From the NCBI GenBank assembly GCA_963841735.1, contig CAWJDT010000001.1:832001-896000 (forward strand): 64,000 bases of DNA, given 5' to 3'. The notes below the pieces were generated by a model that made no database searches, had not been told where the DNA came from, and saw only the letters and a list, made by a program, of their open reading frames with translations. Position 1 is the first letter of the stretch, and every line of letters starts with the position of its first letter. This DNA comes from an uncultured Actinomycetes bacterium (GTDB lineage: Bacteria > Actinomycetota > Thermoleophilia > RBG-16-64-13). Shown piece by piece: positions 8,248 through 18,642 of the stretch. Made by a program: the position numbers and the translations under genes.

Positions 8248-10158
8248 CTACGGGGCTGTCGTATCCGTCGTCGACGTTGGCAACGTCGTAGTCGACGAAG
8301 TGGAGGACGGCGGCGGACCCGCGGTGGTGACAGTCGTCACAGGCACCGTGGTGACAGTCGTCGCGGTGCCCACTATGGTCTTGCGCGGAATCATAGGCCA
8401 GTAGCTGCTGAACTTCTCGCTGGTCTTCGTGCCGTCGGCCCAGGTGATGGTGCGGGTGGTCACGCACTGCATGCCTCCCTGACCCCCGATCTCGACGTCT
8501 GTGTAACCCACGGGTTTGGTGGGGTCCTGCACGGTCACGTCGGTGCGGCCGACATGGCCATAGAAGCCGGAGAAGGTATAGTTCACGTCGCGGCCGTCGT
8601 CGGTGCCGTAGATATAGAACGTGGTCAACGCGCCGTTGGACTCACCAACGATCCAGATGTAGTTGTCCATGTCGTTGCTGAAGCGTAGGTTCTTGCCGCC
8701 CGTAGTGACAGTGGCGTCTCTGCCGTCGGGGTAGTGGCTGATGTAGATGGAGTGATTCCAGCGCTCGTCGACTTTGAGCCCCGCGAAGAACACCGCGTTG
8801 AAGAGCGTGGTGGAAACTTGGCAGATGCCGCCTCCATAGACGTCTTCCAGCTTGCCTGGGCCGACGATGCCGGGGGCGGTTAGAAAGCCACGGGAGGCGA
8901 TTCGGGGACCGATCTGCTTGTCAACGTCGAATGTGTCCCCAGGAGCCATGAGGATGTCGCTGCAGTACTGGGTAGCCATGCGGACGTTCTGCCGCCGGTT
9001 GGCGGTGCCCCAGTATTCGGGAGTGGTGTACTTCGCCAGCCGGTCCTTGATCCCCAGGGCTTCCGCTTCGGCTGTGGTGAAGTCAGGCTCGGCCGCTGTC
9101 ACAGCCAACTGGGCGATGCGCTCGGTGGTCTTGCGGGCGGCTTCAGTTATGGCCTCGGCGGTCTTTTCCGGGTCGAGCTTCTCGCCATCTACACCGGGCA
9201 CGACCGAGGCCGTGGTGCCGTCGTGGGTGAAGTGGGCATCCACCGGTGCTGTGGCCACCAACGCTTCGATGCTCGCGAAGAACTCCGTCATCTTTGCAGC
9301 TGAGAGAAACGGCACCGAGGCGTTGGCGCCCGTCTGTTCCTCCTGCCGCACGTCTAGAAAGCTCGACAACTGCGTGGGGGTCAAGGTCCAAGACTGATCG
9401 CCGCGGGTCAATTGTACGGGTGCGCCCACCATAGACTGCGCCTGGTCAATGACCGGCTGCAGGTCGGCGGCCGTCAGGCTTGGTGTGGTGACCACCAGTG
9501 GGATAGGAACCTCCGCCGTCTCGAAGGCAAACACCAAGGCCTTCAATTGCTCGCGCAGCGCTTCCTGATCGACGGCGCGTCCCTCTTGGGCTTCGGCCAC
9601 CTCCATCTGTCCGTCGGTGACGGTCAGGAGAGCATCGATGGCAGGTTGGTCGAGCTCCTGCGCTATCTCGGCGAGGACGGCGTCCATCTTGGTGCTGTCG
9701 ATGGTGCCCGTGAGCGGGAAGTCTTGGTGGCTGAAAAACAGCTTCCACCTCCGCCCCAGATCGACGAAACCGTTGCTCTGCCGGGTCAAGTCGTATGCGG
9801 CTGTCACCGCGCCTTGGACGTCAGTCAGGGTGCCGAGGTCGGCGGGCAGGATATCCCAGGTCTTGTCACCGCTGGAGACGGTGATCGGCTCGCTCTGGAG
9901 TTGGCTCAGGTACTTGTTGACGGCGGCCACCGCTTCGTCCTGGGTGAGCCCGCCCAAGTCTTGTCCGGCGACGCTTATGCCGGAATGAATTTTGCTGTGA
10001 GAAACGCCGGCCTCGATGAGGATGGCCAGTCCAAAGACCAGCACGACCGCGCCGACTGCTATGAGAACGCGGGCCCAGATAGGCCCTAGGTTGGGTATGC
10101 GACCGCGAAACCGCGAGGACCCAGACTTGGGCCGGCCGGTGTCAAGCAGATTATTCAA
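8248..10158 (-). CDS. VanW/YoaR-family protein with PG_binding_4-like repeats (paralog 1)
   Basis: N-terminal TM; GGGICQVSTTLFNA, ERWNHS, GRDATV; Thr-rich tail; TTG start after CAGGAG. Confidence 0.88.
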   Translation of the reverse strand: MNNLLDTGRPKSGSSRFRGRIPNLGPIWARVLIAVGAVVLVFGLAILIEAGVSHSKIHSGISVAGQDLGGLTQDEAVAAVNKYLSQLQSEPITVSSGDKTWDILPADLGTLTDVQGAVTAAYDLTRQSNGFVDLGRRWKLFFSHQDFPLTGTIDSTKMDAVLAEIAQELDQPAIDALLTVTDGQMEVAEAQEGRAVDQEALREQLKALVFAFETAEVPIPLVVTTPSLTAADLQPVIDQAQSMVGAPVQLTRGDQSWTLTPTQLSSFLDVRQEEQTGANASVPFLSAAKMTEFFASIEALVATAPVDAHFTHDGTTASVVPGVDGEKLDPEKTAEAITEAARKTTERIAQLAVTAAEPDFTTAEAEALGIKDRLAKYTTPEYWGTANRRQNVRMATQYCSDILMAPGDTFDVDKQIGPRIASRGFLTAPGIVGPGKLEDVYGGGICQVSTTLFNAVFFAGLKVDERWNHSIYISHYPDGRDATVTTGGKNLRFSNDMDNYIWIVGESNGALTTFYIYGTDDGRDVNYTFSGFYGHVGRTDVTVQDPTKPVGYTDVEIGGQGGMQCVTTRTITWADGTKTSEKFSSYWPMIPRKTIVGTATTVTTVPVTTVTTAGPPPSSTSSTTTLPTSTTDTTAP

Positions 10159-10273
10159 GAACGATCACACTCCTGATCCTGAATTCGAGGATGGTACAAG
10201 GTACCAGATGCTACTTGCTTCAAAAAGGTTTCCTCAGTCATGACGCCGGTCCTGCATACGCGTGTATCGGACG

Positions 10274-12151
10274 TCACGGAGTCGACGCGGTGGTGGTCGG
10301 TTCCGACACTGTGGTCGTGGTAGTCGATGGCGGGGTGGTCGTGGTGGTGGTCGCCGTTCCTACCGCGATCTGCTTGTCTATCGGCAGCCAGCTGCTGTAG
10401 AACTTGTCCACCTTCGTCCGGCCGTCGGGCCAGGTAATTGTGCGGGTGACCAGGCACTTCTGGCCGTCCTGGCCCTCAGTCTTGATCAAGGTAGTCCCGA
10501 CGCCCAGCATCGGGTCTTCGGTGGTGACCGAACCGCGTGCAACGGTGTCGTAAAACTCGCCCGTCTTGATGTCGACCGTGCGCCCGTCGTCGGTACCGTA
10601 GATGCTGAAGACGGTAGTGACCCCGTCAGACGAGCCCCGGACCAGGATGTAGTTGGCGGTGTCGTTCACGAAGCGCAGGTTGGGACTGACGTCACTGACC
10701 GTTGCGTCTCTGCCTTTGGGGTAGTGGCTGATGAGAATGGAGTGGTTCCTGCGCTCCTTTATCTCTAGGCCCGCCTCGAGGGCGGCATTGAAGACCGTAG
10801 TGGAGACCTGGCAGATGCCTCCGCCGTATACATCCTCCAATTTACCTGGTCCGACGATGCCGGGTGCGGTCAGGAACCCTCGCTCGGGTGTGCGCGGCCC
10901 GATCTCTTCTATGAAGTTGAACTCCTCGCCGGGGGCGAGCAGCACGTCACTGACATACTCGGTGGCCATGCGTACGTTCTGCTGCCTATTGGGGGTGCCC
11001 CCGTAGGTGGTCTTGTACCCGAGCCCCAGCTTGTCCTTGATGCCCATGGCCTCGGCCTCTTCGGTGGTGCGGGCGGGGTCGGTGGTCATGAGTACCGCCT
11101 CCACACTGCGACCGCCCGTCTTCAGCGCAGCGGCTGTGAGGGCCTCCGCGGTCTTCTCTGCGTCGAGTGTCTGGCCCTGCACCCCCGCTACGACCCAAGC
11201 CTGCGTTCCGTCGCTTTTCCAGGTGGCGTCGACGGCTTCGGTCCCCACAGCGTCGGCAACCTCCTCAAAGAGCGAAGCCATCTTCTCGGGCGAAAGGTAT
11301 GGCACCAGGGTGGAGACCCCGCTGCGGTCTTCGGCCCCGAAATCCAGATAGGCGGCGATCTTGTCGGGAGACAATGTCCACGTATGGTCGCCGCTAGTCA
11401 GCTTCAGCGATGAAGAGAACATGATCTGTGCTTGTGTCTTTGCCGCCTCGTTGTCCTCGGCCGCTACGCTCGGCTCCTTGACGATCATGGGGACTTCGAG
11501 ATCGCTCGAGTGGAGGCTGAAGAGAAGCGTCTTCAACTGCTCCCGCAAGGAGTCCTGATCGACCACTCGGCCCTTCTCGGCATCGACCACCTGGAGCTCG
11601 CCGTCAACCACCACCAAGCCGGCGTCGACGGGAGGCATGTCGATCTCGGCGGCCACCATCCCGAGCACGGCGTCCATCTTCTCGCTGTCGACAGTGCCTC
11701 GGAGGGGGATGTCGTTGTCGCCGAAATACAGCTTCATCCGTCTGGCTACGTCGGCAAAGAAGTTGCTGTCGCGGGTGTAACCCATGGCGGCGGACACGGC
11801 CCCCGTCACGTCGATATCGGTGCCCACGTCGGCGGGCATGATTTCCCAGGTCTTGTCACCGCTGGTGAGGGTGATGGGCTTCTTGCCCGCCTCTTTGACG
11901 AAACGGTCAAGAAGGGCGGTGGCCTCGTCGCGGGTGAGGCCTCCCAAGTTCTGCTCGGATACTCTCACGCCGGAATGGACTTTGTTGTAGTAGACTCCCG
12001 CATCGACTAGGATGGCCAGCAGCAAGATGGCCACCAATATGCCTGTGATGATCAGGGCGCGCAGCCTCGCCAAACTCGCTTTTGGTCGGCGGGTGCGGTG
12101 CTTTTTGGTGGAGCCGCGCTGGCGCTGATCTTGGTTACGCTGATTTGTCAA
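10274..12151 (-). CDS. VanW/YoaR-family protein (paralog 2)
   Basis: Same architecture; GGGICQVSTTVFNA, ERRNHS, GRDATV; TTG start after CAGGAG. Confidence 0.88.
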   Translation of the reverse strand: MTNQRNQDQRQRGSTKKHRTRRPKASLARLRALIITGILVAILLLAILVDAGVYYNKVHSGVRVSEQNLGGLTRDEATALLDRFVKEAGKKPITLTSGDKTWEIMPADVGTDIDVTGAVSAAMGYTRDSNFFADVARRMKLYFGDNDIPLRGTVDSEKMDAVLGMVAAEIDMPPVDAGLVVVDGELQVVDAEKGRVVDQDSLREQLKTLLFSLHSSDLEVPMIVKEPSVAAEDNEAAKTQAQIMFSSSLKLTSGDHTWTLSPDKIAAYLDFGAEDRSGVSTLVPYLSPEKMASLFEEVADAVGTEAVDATWKSDGTQAWVVAGVQGQTLDAEKTAEALTAAALKTGGRSVEAVLMTTDPARTTEEAEAMGIKDKLGLGYKTTYGGTPNRQQNVRMATEYVSDVLLAPGEEFNFIEEIGPRTPERGFLTAPGIVGPGKLEDVYGGGICQVSTTVFNAALEAGLEIKERRNHSILISHYPKGRDATVSDVSPNLRFVNDTANYILVRGSSDGVTTVFSIYGTDDGRTVDIKTGEFYDTVARGSVTTEDPMLGVGTTLIKTEGQDGQKCLVTRTITWPDGRTKVDKFYSSWLPIDKQIAVGTATTTTTTPPSTTTTTVSEPTTTASTP

Positions 12152-12245
12152 GAATGGTCTGCTCCTGGAATCAAAGGTGCTACAAGATATCAGATGCTGT
12201 GACCATCAGGTAGGGTTCCCGCGATGGCGGGCCTGGTAGGCGGCC

Positions 12246-13406
12246 GTGCGCTTCAGTGTGCCTGAGCGCCCGCGTGGGGCTAGAACTCCCCAAACTATCG
12301 GGCTGGGCGAGACTCGGCGACTGGCCCTGCTGGAGCGGCTCCTGGCTACGCTGGCCCCCGAGGGCTCTGAGGCTTTCGACTGTGTGGTTTCAGGGGAGTC
12401 GCTGGGCAAAGAGTTCGGACTGTCTCGGGCCGCCGTACACAAGCACGTTGAGCACCTGCGCGCGCTTGGTTTTGCCTTGGAGTCTGCCGGCGGTGCCGGC
12501 TACCGGTTGACTCGCCCGTTCACCGACCTGGTCGCGCCTGAGGCCGTGCTGCCCCACCTTCTTGAGCGCATGGACCCAGAATGGGCCTGGGTAGCGGGTC
12601 TTCCCTACCACTACCAAGCTCGCTGCCCCTCCACGAATGCTGTCTTGAGGCAGGAGGCGGCTTCTTCTCCCTCTGGGACCATGGTGGTGACCGACGACCA
12701 GACTGGGGGGCGCGGTAGGCTGGGCCGTACCTGGGTCAGCGAGCCGGGCAAGGATCTGACCTTCTCGGTTTTGGTGTTGCCGTCGCTTGCGCCTGCGCAG
12801 GTCCACCTGCTTTCCTTGGCCGCGGCTCTGGCTGTGGCCGACACCATCGACGAACTGTTGCGCGCCGAAGGCGTCGAGGGGCTCGTGCAGGTGAAGTGGC
12901 CCAACGACGTGCTGGTGGACGGGAAGAAGGTGTGCGGCGTCCTTCTGGAGGGTTCTCTGGACTCCGACCGGGTGCTCTGGGCGATCGCCGGCATCGGGCT
13001 CAACGTCAACAGTGCTCCATCGGCCATGGTCTGCCGCCTTGGGCCACAACAGAGGCCGGACTGGCAGGGCAGGCCGCATCCACTCTCGCTAAGTGAGCAC
13101 CTGGGCCACCAAGTGCCCCGGGCTCCTCTGCTGGCGGGACTGCTGTGCTCTCTGACTCGGCGCTGGAACCAGGCCGGTGCGCCGGGCGTGCTGGATGACC
13201 TCCGCAGGCGGGACGCCCTGGCAGGCCGGCGGATCGAGGTCTTTGCCGGGCCACCGGGCAACGAACCAGTGGTAGCGGGCGAGGCTGCCGGCATCGGGCC
13301 GGAGGGCCAATTGCTGGTGCTCGACTCCACCGGGAGGACGGTGCCCGTCTTCGCAGGAGAGGTGACTGTGCGAGAGCCGGTAAACCGGACGGGGGAGCGC
13401 GGTTGA
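12246..13406 (+). CDS. birA: Bifunctional biotin ligase/repressor BirA (class II)
   Basis: N-terminal HTH (SGESLG..GLSRAAVHKH), [23 protein letters not shown]. Confidence 0.93.
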   Translation: MRFSVPERPRGARTPQTIGLGETRRLALLERLLATLAPEGSEAFDCVVSGESLGKEFGLSRAAVHKHVEHLRALGFALESAGGAGYRLTRPFTDLVAPEAVLPHLLERMDPEWAWVAGLPYHYQARCPSTNAVLRQEAASSPSGTMVVTDDQTGGRGRLGRTWVSEPGKDLTFSVLVLPSLAPAQVHLLSLAAALAVADTIDELLRAEGVEGLVQVKWPNDVLVDGKKVCGVLLEGSLDSDRVLWAIAGIGLNVNSAPSAMVCRLGPQQRPDWQGRPHPLSLSEHLGHQVPRAPLLAGLLCSLTRRWNQAGAPGVLDDLRRRDALAGRRIEVFAGPPGNEPVVAGEAAGIGPEGQLLVLDSTGRTVPVFAGEVTVREPVNRTGERG

Positions 13407-13408
13407 CA
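13379..13408. promoter_or_regulatory. BirA operator inside the birA 3' end
   Basis: GGTAAACC-N14-GGTTGACA fits the bioO consensus TGTAAACC-N14-16-GGTTTACA. Confidence 0.72.
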
Positions 13409-13432
13409 GACCCGGATGCGCCCGGGTAGACT
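13403..13432 (+). promoter_or_regulatory. Sigma70-type promoter for bioY
   Basis: TTGACA-18 nt-TAGACT. Confidence 0.65.
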
Positions 13433-13482
13433 GCGGCCGTCGGCTCACAGGTGCCGGCAGGCGACGGCGAAGAGAGGACGAC

Positions 13483-14133
13483 ATGAAGCGGAATCTACAC
13501 ATCATGGCGGTAGATCGTTCAGAGGCGCTGGTCGTCGACGCGCCTGGGTATGCGCGCGCTGCCGGCCGACACGCGGTAATGGGCGCGCTTCTGGTGGTGG
13601 CCGGCATAGGGGTGTTGACGGCCAGCGCTTGGTTGTCGGTGCCTTTTTACCCGGTGCCGCTGACCATGCAGACTCTGGCTGTTCTGTTGGTCGGGGGCCT
13701 CTTGGGGCCCAAGCGGGGGACCGCCGCGGTGGTGGGCTATCTGGCGCTGGGTCTTGCGGGAGCGCCCGTCTTCCACGGTGGCTTGGGAGGGCCTGCCGTC
13801 TTTGCGGGACCGACCGGCGGTTATCTGCTGGGCTTCGTACCCGCCGCTTTGCTGATGGGTTTGGCGGCCGACTGGGCGCTGAGAGGGGCGAGGCGGGTGC
13901 GACCGCTTGGGCAGTTCCTGATCCTGGCGGCCGGTGCCGTATCCGCGGAGATCGTCATCCTCTGCCTGGGAGTCTCATGGCTTACCATAATCTTTGGGCT
14001 CGGCCTGCGCGAGGCCTTGGCCTTGGGCTTCGTGCCCTTTCTCTTGGGCGATCTGCTCAAGGCCGCGGTTGCCATCGGCGCCATCCGTGGGGGCCGGAGC
14101 GCGCTCGCCCGCTGGGGGTCGCTACCCCTCTAG
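13483..14133 (+). CDS. bioY: Biotin transporter BioY
   Basis: PVPLTMQTLAV, GPTGGYLLGF, PFLLGDLLK. Confidence 0.93.
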   Translation: MKRNLHIMAVDRSEALVVDAPGYARAAGRHAVMGALLVVAGIGVLTASAWLSVPFYPVPLTMQTLAVLLVGGLLGPKRGTAAVVGYLALGLAGAPVFHGGLGGPAVFAGPTGGYLLGFVPAALLMGLAADWALRGARRVRPLGQFLILAAGAVSAEIVILCLGVSWLTIIFGLGLREALALGFVPFLLGDLLKAAVAIGAIRGGRSALARWGSLPL

Positions 14134-14155
14134 ATGATATTGTGCCCGGCGATGT

Positions 14156-15004
14156 GTGCGGCTAGGGAAAGGAACGGGCCAGACTTTGACCGTCCTTGAT
14201 GCTCTGATTCTCGGAATAACCCAGGGACTGACCGAGTTCCTTCCTGTCTCCAGCTCCGGTCATCTGGTCTTGGTGCCCGAGTTCTTCAACATGCCGGCAC
14301 CCACGCTGGGATTCGACATCCTCATGCACCTGGCCACTCTGGTCGCTGTGCTCGGCTACTTCATTAGAGACGTGGTCAAGATGGTGGTCTCGCTGGTCGC
14401 TCCCGCTCGTATGAGCCAGAAGGAAGTCAGATTTTGGCGGCGCCTCTTCTTGTGGTTGGTGGTCGGGTCCATCCCGGCTGCGATAGCCGGTTTCGCGTTC
14501 GCCAGCTACTTCGAAGACCTCTTCTCGAGTACCCTGGCCGTAGGAGTGTTTCTTATGGTGACGAGTTTGCTGCTCTGGGGCTCGGATTTCGTCATGGAGA
14601 GAGTGAAACGCGAGCCCGTGCAGCTCGATAGGATGCGGGCGGGTGACGCGATAATAATCGGATGCTTCCAAGCTCTGGCTATCGCTCCCGGACTAAGTCG
14701 TTCGGGCTCGACCATCGCCGCCGGGGTGTTCTTGGGCTTCGACCGGCCGACAGCGGCGCGTTTCTCGTTTCTGCTTAGTATTCCCGCCATCCTCGGTGCC
14801 ACCCTGGCCAACGTCGGGGACATCAGCGGCGGGTTTGCGGGCGCCAGCGGGACGGCCTATGCGGTGGGTGCACTCGTCGCGGCCATCTCGGGATTCCTAG
14901 CCGTCTTCTTTCTCATGCGCTGGATCAAGGAGCACCGGTTGCGCGGTTTTGGCATCTACACCGCCGCGTTGGGCATTCTGACCATTCTGCTGTCGGTGCT
15001 GTAG
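14156..15004 (+). CDS. uppP: Undecaprenyl-diphosphatase UppP/BacA
   Basis: QGLTEFLPVSSSGH and PGLSRSGST motifs; start may be the TTG about 30 nt downstream. Confidence 0.95.
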   Translation: MRLGKGTGQTLTVLDALILGITQGLTEFLPVSSSGHLVLVPEFFNMPAPTLGFDILMHLATLVAVLGYFIRDVVKMVVSLVAPARMSQKEVRFWRRLFLWLVVGSIPAAIAGFAFASYFEDLFSSTLAVGVFLMVTSLLLWGSDFVMERVKREPVQLDRMRAGDAIIIGCFQALAIAPGLSRSGSTIAAGVFLGFDRPTAARFSFLLSIPAILGATLANVGDISGGFAGASGTAYAVGALVAAISGFLAVFFLMRWIKEHRLRGFGIYTAALGILTILLSVL

Positions 15005-15062
15005 GGGCGGCGGAGTCGGCCAGAGGTCGCTGTAGTCGGAGGGGCGCGTGGGTGGGCGCAGG

Positions 15063-16388
15063 TCAGGAGAGGTTGGCGGGCACTCCGGCCAAGCGGGCGG
15101 GGAAGGTGACTGTCACGCGGAGTCCGCCTGAATCGGGGGCGATGAGGTCCACTGTGGCTCCATGAGCGGTCGCGACCGACCTGACTATGGAGAGCCCCAG
15201 ACCGAACCCGCCGGTCTTGCGGCTTCGCGATCTATCGGGGCGGTAGAAACGATCGAACAACCGGTGGACCTCATCGGGCGCGACCACCGGACCGCCGTTG
15301 GCCACCTCCAGCACGATCGTGTCGCCCGCGACCCACGTCTTAACCGAGAACCAGCCGTCGATAATGTTGTGTCTTATGGCGTTCTCGACCAGGTTTGCCA
15401 CCATTCGCCCCAGAAGAGAGCGTTCGCCTTGCACCGGAGCAGGTTGAAGGTCCATCTCCAGCCGGAGCCTAAGGGCGTCGGCTTCGTTGGAGGCAAGGCC
15501 CACTTCGTGGCGGGCTATCTCGTCCAGATCCAGGAGGGTCATCGTGGGAGTGCTCTCGGCGGTGGCGAGAACCAGTAGGCCGTCGATGAGGCTCTCGCTC
15601 CGTTCCACGGCTTCGATGACGGCCGTACCCATGTCCCGCAGCTCCTCCGCCGAGACCTCAGGATTCGCGAGAGCCACGTCGATTTCGGTGCGGATGATGG
15701 TGAGGGGGGTGCGGAGCTCGTGAGAGGCGTTGGCGACGAACTCCCTCTGCGCGTTGAAGGCCTTGTCGAGGCGACCGAGCATGCCGTCAAACGTATCGGC
15801 CAGCTCCTTCAACTCGTCCCGCGGCCCGGTGAGCGCGATGCGTTGGTCAAGGGTGGATTCGGAGAGCCGGCGGGCGGTGTTGGTTATCGCGTGCAAGGGC
15901 TTCAACATGCGGCCGGCCAGCAGCCAGGCAGAGCCAAACGTGATGACCGTCATTATGGCCAGGGCAAGCAGCGATCTGGTCCACAGCTGGCGCAGGGCTT
16001 CGTCTTTCAGCTCGTGCTGGGCCTCTCGGATTAGTTGTGAGGCGGGAACGCCGGTGGTCCCTTGGAAGATCCACAGTTCTCCGCCAAGCCCAGGCGGGTG
16101 GAAGTCGGGATGCGGCTCCAGGACGTCGGGGTCCAAGCCGAAGCGCTCGGCCACCACAGCTCGAGCCTTCTCCGGGGCAACCGCCAGGCTATCGCGGACC
16201 ATGAAGTAGTTGATGGCGATGAGCAGCACACCGGCCAGCAGGAAGAGCGTGCCGTACCAAAGCGTCAGCTTCAATCGAACGGTAAGCCCCTGGAGCCGGC
16301 GCTTCTGAGTCGGCGGTTCTTGGGTGACGGTCGCGGTCGGTCCGACGTCGGGGGCCGCCGACCCCTTATCGGCGCGTCTCTTCTTCAT
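15063..16388 (-). CDS. Membrane sensor histidine kinase (HAMP-HisKA-HATPase; CutS-like)
   Basis: Two TMs, HAMP, ASHELRTPL, NLVENAIRHN, GFGLGLSIV. Confidence 0.92.
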   Translation of the reverse strand: MKKRRADKGSAAPDVGPTATVTQEPPTQKRRLQGLTVRLKLTLWYGTLFLLAGVLLIAINYFMVRDSLAVAPEKARAVVAERFGLDPDVLEPHPDFHPPGLGGELWIFQGTTGVPASQLIREAQHELKDEALRQLWTRSLLALAIMTVITFGSAWLLAGRMLKPLHAITNTARRLSESTLDQRIALTGPRDELKELADTFDGMLGRLDKAFNAQREFVANASHELRTPLTIIRTEIDVALANPEVSAEELRDMGTAVIEAVERSESLIDGLLVLATAESTPTMTLLDLDEIARHEVGLASNEADALRLRLEMDLQPAPVQGERSLLGRMVANLVENAIRHNIIDGWFSVKTWVAGDTIVLEVANGGPVVAPDEVHRLFDRFYRPDRSRSRKTGGFGLGLSIVRSVATAHGATVDLIAPDSGGLRVTVTFPARLAGVPANLS

Positions 16389-17038
16389 AGTTTGTAGCCA
16401 ACGCCGGGGATGGTTTCGATAAGTGGTGGGTCCCCTATCTTGCGCCGGAGAGTCATGATGGTGACGCGGACCACGTTGGTGAACGGATCGGCGTTCTCGT
16501 CCCAGACCTTCTCCAGCAGCTCTTCTGCACTGATCACCCGACCTTCGGCGGACAAGAGGGCTTCGAGCACTCCGAACTCCTTCTTGGTGAGGCAGAGGTC
16601 GCGGCCTGCGCGCTCGGCGACGTGGCGGGCGGGATCGAGCGAGAGGTCCCCAGCGGAGAGCACCGGCGGCACGGGCGTGGCCGCCCGTCGGCTAAGGGCG
16701 CGGATGCGGGCGACGAGCTCCTTGAGGGCGAATGGCTTGGGGAGATAGTCGTCGGCACCGAGGTCAAGGCCGTAGACGCGGTCGTGGATAGAACCGGCCG
16801 CAGTGAGCATCAGGATACGGCTGAGTGACTGCCTGGCCACCAATTCCTTGCAGACATCGTCGCCGTGGACTTCAGGGAGGTTGCGATCGAGCACCACCAC
16901 ATCGTAGTTGTTGACAGCGGTCTTTGTCAGCGCCGACCGCCCGTCTAGGACAACGTCCACAGCCATTCCTTCGCGGCGCAGTCCGCGCGCGATGGTCTCG
17001 GCCAGCCGCTCTTCGTCTTCGACCAGGAGGACTCGCAT
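16385..17038 (-). CDS. OmpR-family response regulator (CutR-like)
   Basis: MRVLLVEDE, LDRNLP, GADDYLPKPF, IETIPGVGY; start reassigned to ATG 17038. Confidence 0.92.
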   Translation of the reverse strand: MRVLLVEDEERLAETIARGLRREGMAVDVVLDGRSALTKTAVNNYDVVVLDRNLPEVHGDDVCKELVARQSLSRILMLTAAGSIHDRVYGLDLGADDYLPKPFALKELVARIRALSRRAATPVPPVLSAGDLSLDPARHVAERAGRDLCLTKKEFGVLEALLSAEGRVISAEELLEKVWDENADPFTNVVRVTIMTLRRKIGDPPLIETIPGVGYKL

Positions 17039-17330
17039 CCCCTCTCCGATGTTCGGCTCTGGGCCCCCGATGGGGCGATGATACCCTGTCACTTGGTCCT
17101 GCCGCAGTGGGCGTGGCAAATGAATCTAAGCCAGGAGTCTACACACGCTTCGGTAAGGTGGCCGTAAACCCCGGATGTCGTCCCCCACTCAGACTCGTTG
17201 CCTGTCTTTACGGCGCTTTTATTCGCCAGGGGGCATCATGTCGGCACGGAGAGACAAGCGGGAGTTCACCTCAGCAGGGGCCCGGGTACAATACGGGCAC
17301 TGAAGAAGGCACTTCGGGAAGGAATCAGAC

Positions 17331-18551
17331 ATGGCGTATCTAGGCGGAGGAGCTTACCGGGATGCGCGGGCGCGACGGATGTGGCGCGCACTGGCGGCGG
17401 GTCTCGTGGTTGTTGCCCTGCTGGTGACCACCGGTCTTGTTGCGGTGGGGTGTACTTCGGAGTGGGGAGGCAAAGACGACACCACAGTCACGTCGGCGGC
17501 CGTCAACGGGTCCGACGGTTCCGCGGCGGCGACCGGTACGACGCCTCCCTCGGTGAATGTGGTAGTCAGCGGCGACGGTTTGGCCAGCCCTGCGCAATTG
17601 GTCGCCAGCGTTCTGGGCCCTAGTGTGGTCAACATCGCCTCCAGCGGTACCGAGACTGGGTTTGGCGGTCCCGGCTCTCAGGAGTTCGAGTATGCGTTTG
17701 AGGGCTCCGGGGTCATCTATTCGTCCGACGGAATGATTGTCACCAACAATCACGTGGTTACGGACGACAACGGTGATCTGGCCGACAGGCTGGAAGTCAC
17801 GCTGGCAACGGGTGAGAGACTTCCCGCGACCATAGTGGGGACCGACCCCATGACCGACTTGGCCGTAGTGAAGGTGGACGCCGGCATCGAGCTTCCGAGC
17901 GCCATCTTCGTAACCGACACGCCGGAAGTCGGTGAGTATGCCATCGCCCTCGGGAGTCCCCTGGGGTATCAGAACTCTGTGAGCTTAGGCATCGTCTCGG
18001 GGGTGGGGCGTAGCATCGAGGAAGCGCAGGGGCAGGACGGAGTGGCTCTCAACAACCTTATCCAGACCGATGCCCCCATCAGCCCCGGCAACTCCGGGGG
18101 GGCGCTCGCGAACGCCAGCGGCCAGGTGATAGGCATCAACGTGGCCTACGAACCGCCCGCGAGCGGCGCGGTGAGCATCGGGTTCGCCATCCCGTCTGTG
18201 GTGGTGACTCAGATCGCCGATCAGATCATCAGCACCGGCAAGGCGACACATGCCTACTTGGGAGTGAGCACGCGGACGGTCACTCCAGACCTAAAGGAGC
18301 AGTTCAACCTCTCTCGCTCCGCGGGCATCCTGGTAGCCGAAGTGACGTCCGGGGGACCAGCCGCAAGGGCCGGCATCCTCCAGGGTGACATCATCACCAT
18401 GATCGACGGCGAAGAGATGGTGGAGTCCGCCGATGTGCTCGTTGCTATCCGCGACAGAAGACCCGGCGAGACGGTGGAAGTGGAGCTTGATCGGAACGGT
18501 ACGGTGCTCTTGATCAAGGTGATCCTAGAGGAGCGTCCGACCAGTTTCTAG
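17331..18551 (+). CDS. htrA: HtrA/DegP-family serine protease with PDZ domain
   Basis: TNNHV, TDLAV, ISPGNSGG catalytic triad motifs; C-terminal PDZ; N-terminal anchor. Confidence 0.92.
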   Translation: MAYLGGGAYRDARARRMWRALAAGLVVVALLVTTGLVAVGCTSEWGGKDDTTVTSAAVNGSDGSAAATGTTPPSVNVVVSGDGLASPAQLVASVLGPSVVNIASSGTETGFGGPGSQEFEYAFEGSGVIYSSDGMIVTNNHVVTDDNGDLADRLEVTLATGERLPATIVGTDPMTDLAVVKVDAGIELPSAIFVTDTPEVGEYAIALGSPLGYQNSVSLGIVSGVGRSIEEAQGQDGVALNNLIQTDAPISPGNSGGALANASGQVIGINVAYEPPASGAVSIGFAIPSVVVTQIADQIISTGKATHAYLGVSTRTVTPDLKEQFNLSRSAGILVAEVTSGGPAARAGILQGDIITMIDGEEMVESADVLVAIRDRRPGETVEVELDRNGTVLLIKVILEERPTSF

Positions 18552-18642
18552 GGGCAGCAGTGCGGCCGTTGAACGCGGGTCCCTTCGCCGTCGCGGCCTT
18601 CGCAGACTGCCTCCACCAGCACGCGTGCCAAGGGCCGCTCAG

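Noticed and set aside
8248-12151. Vancomycin resistance cluster
   Set aside because: Only VanW-family domains; no vanHAX or D-Ala-D-Lac ligase
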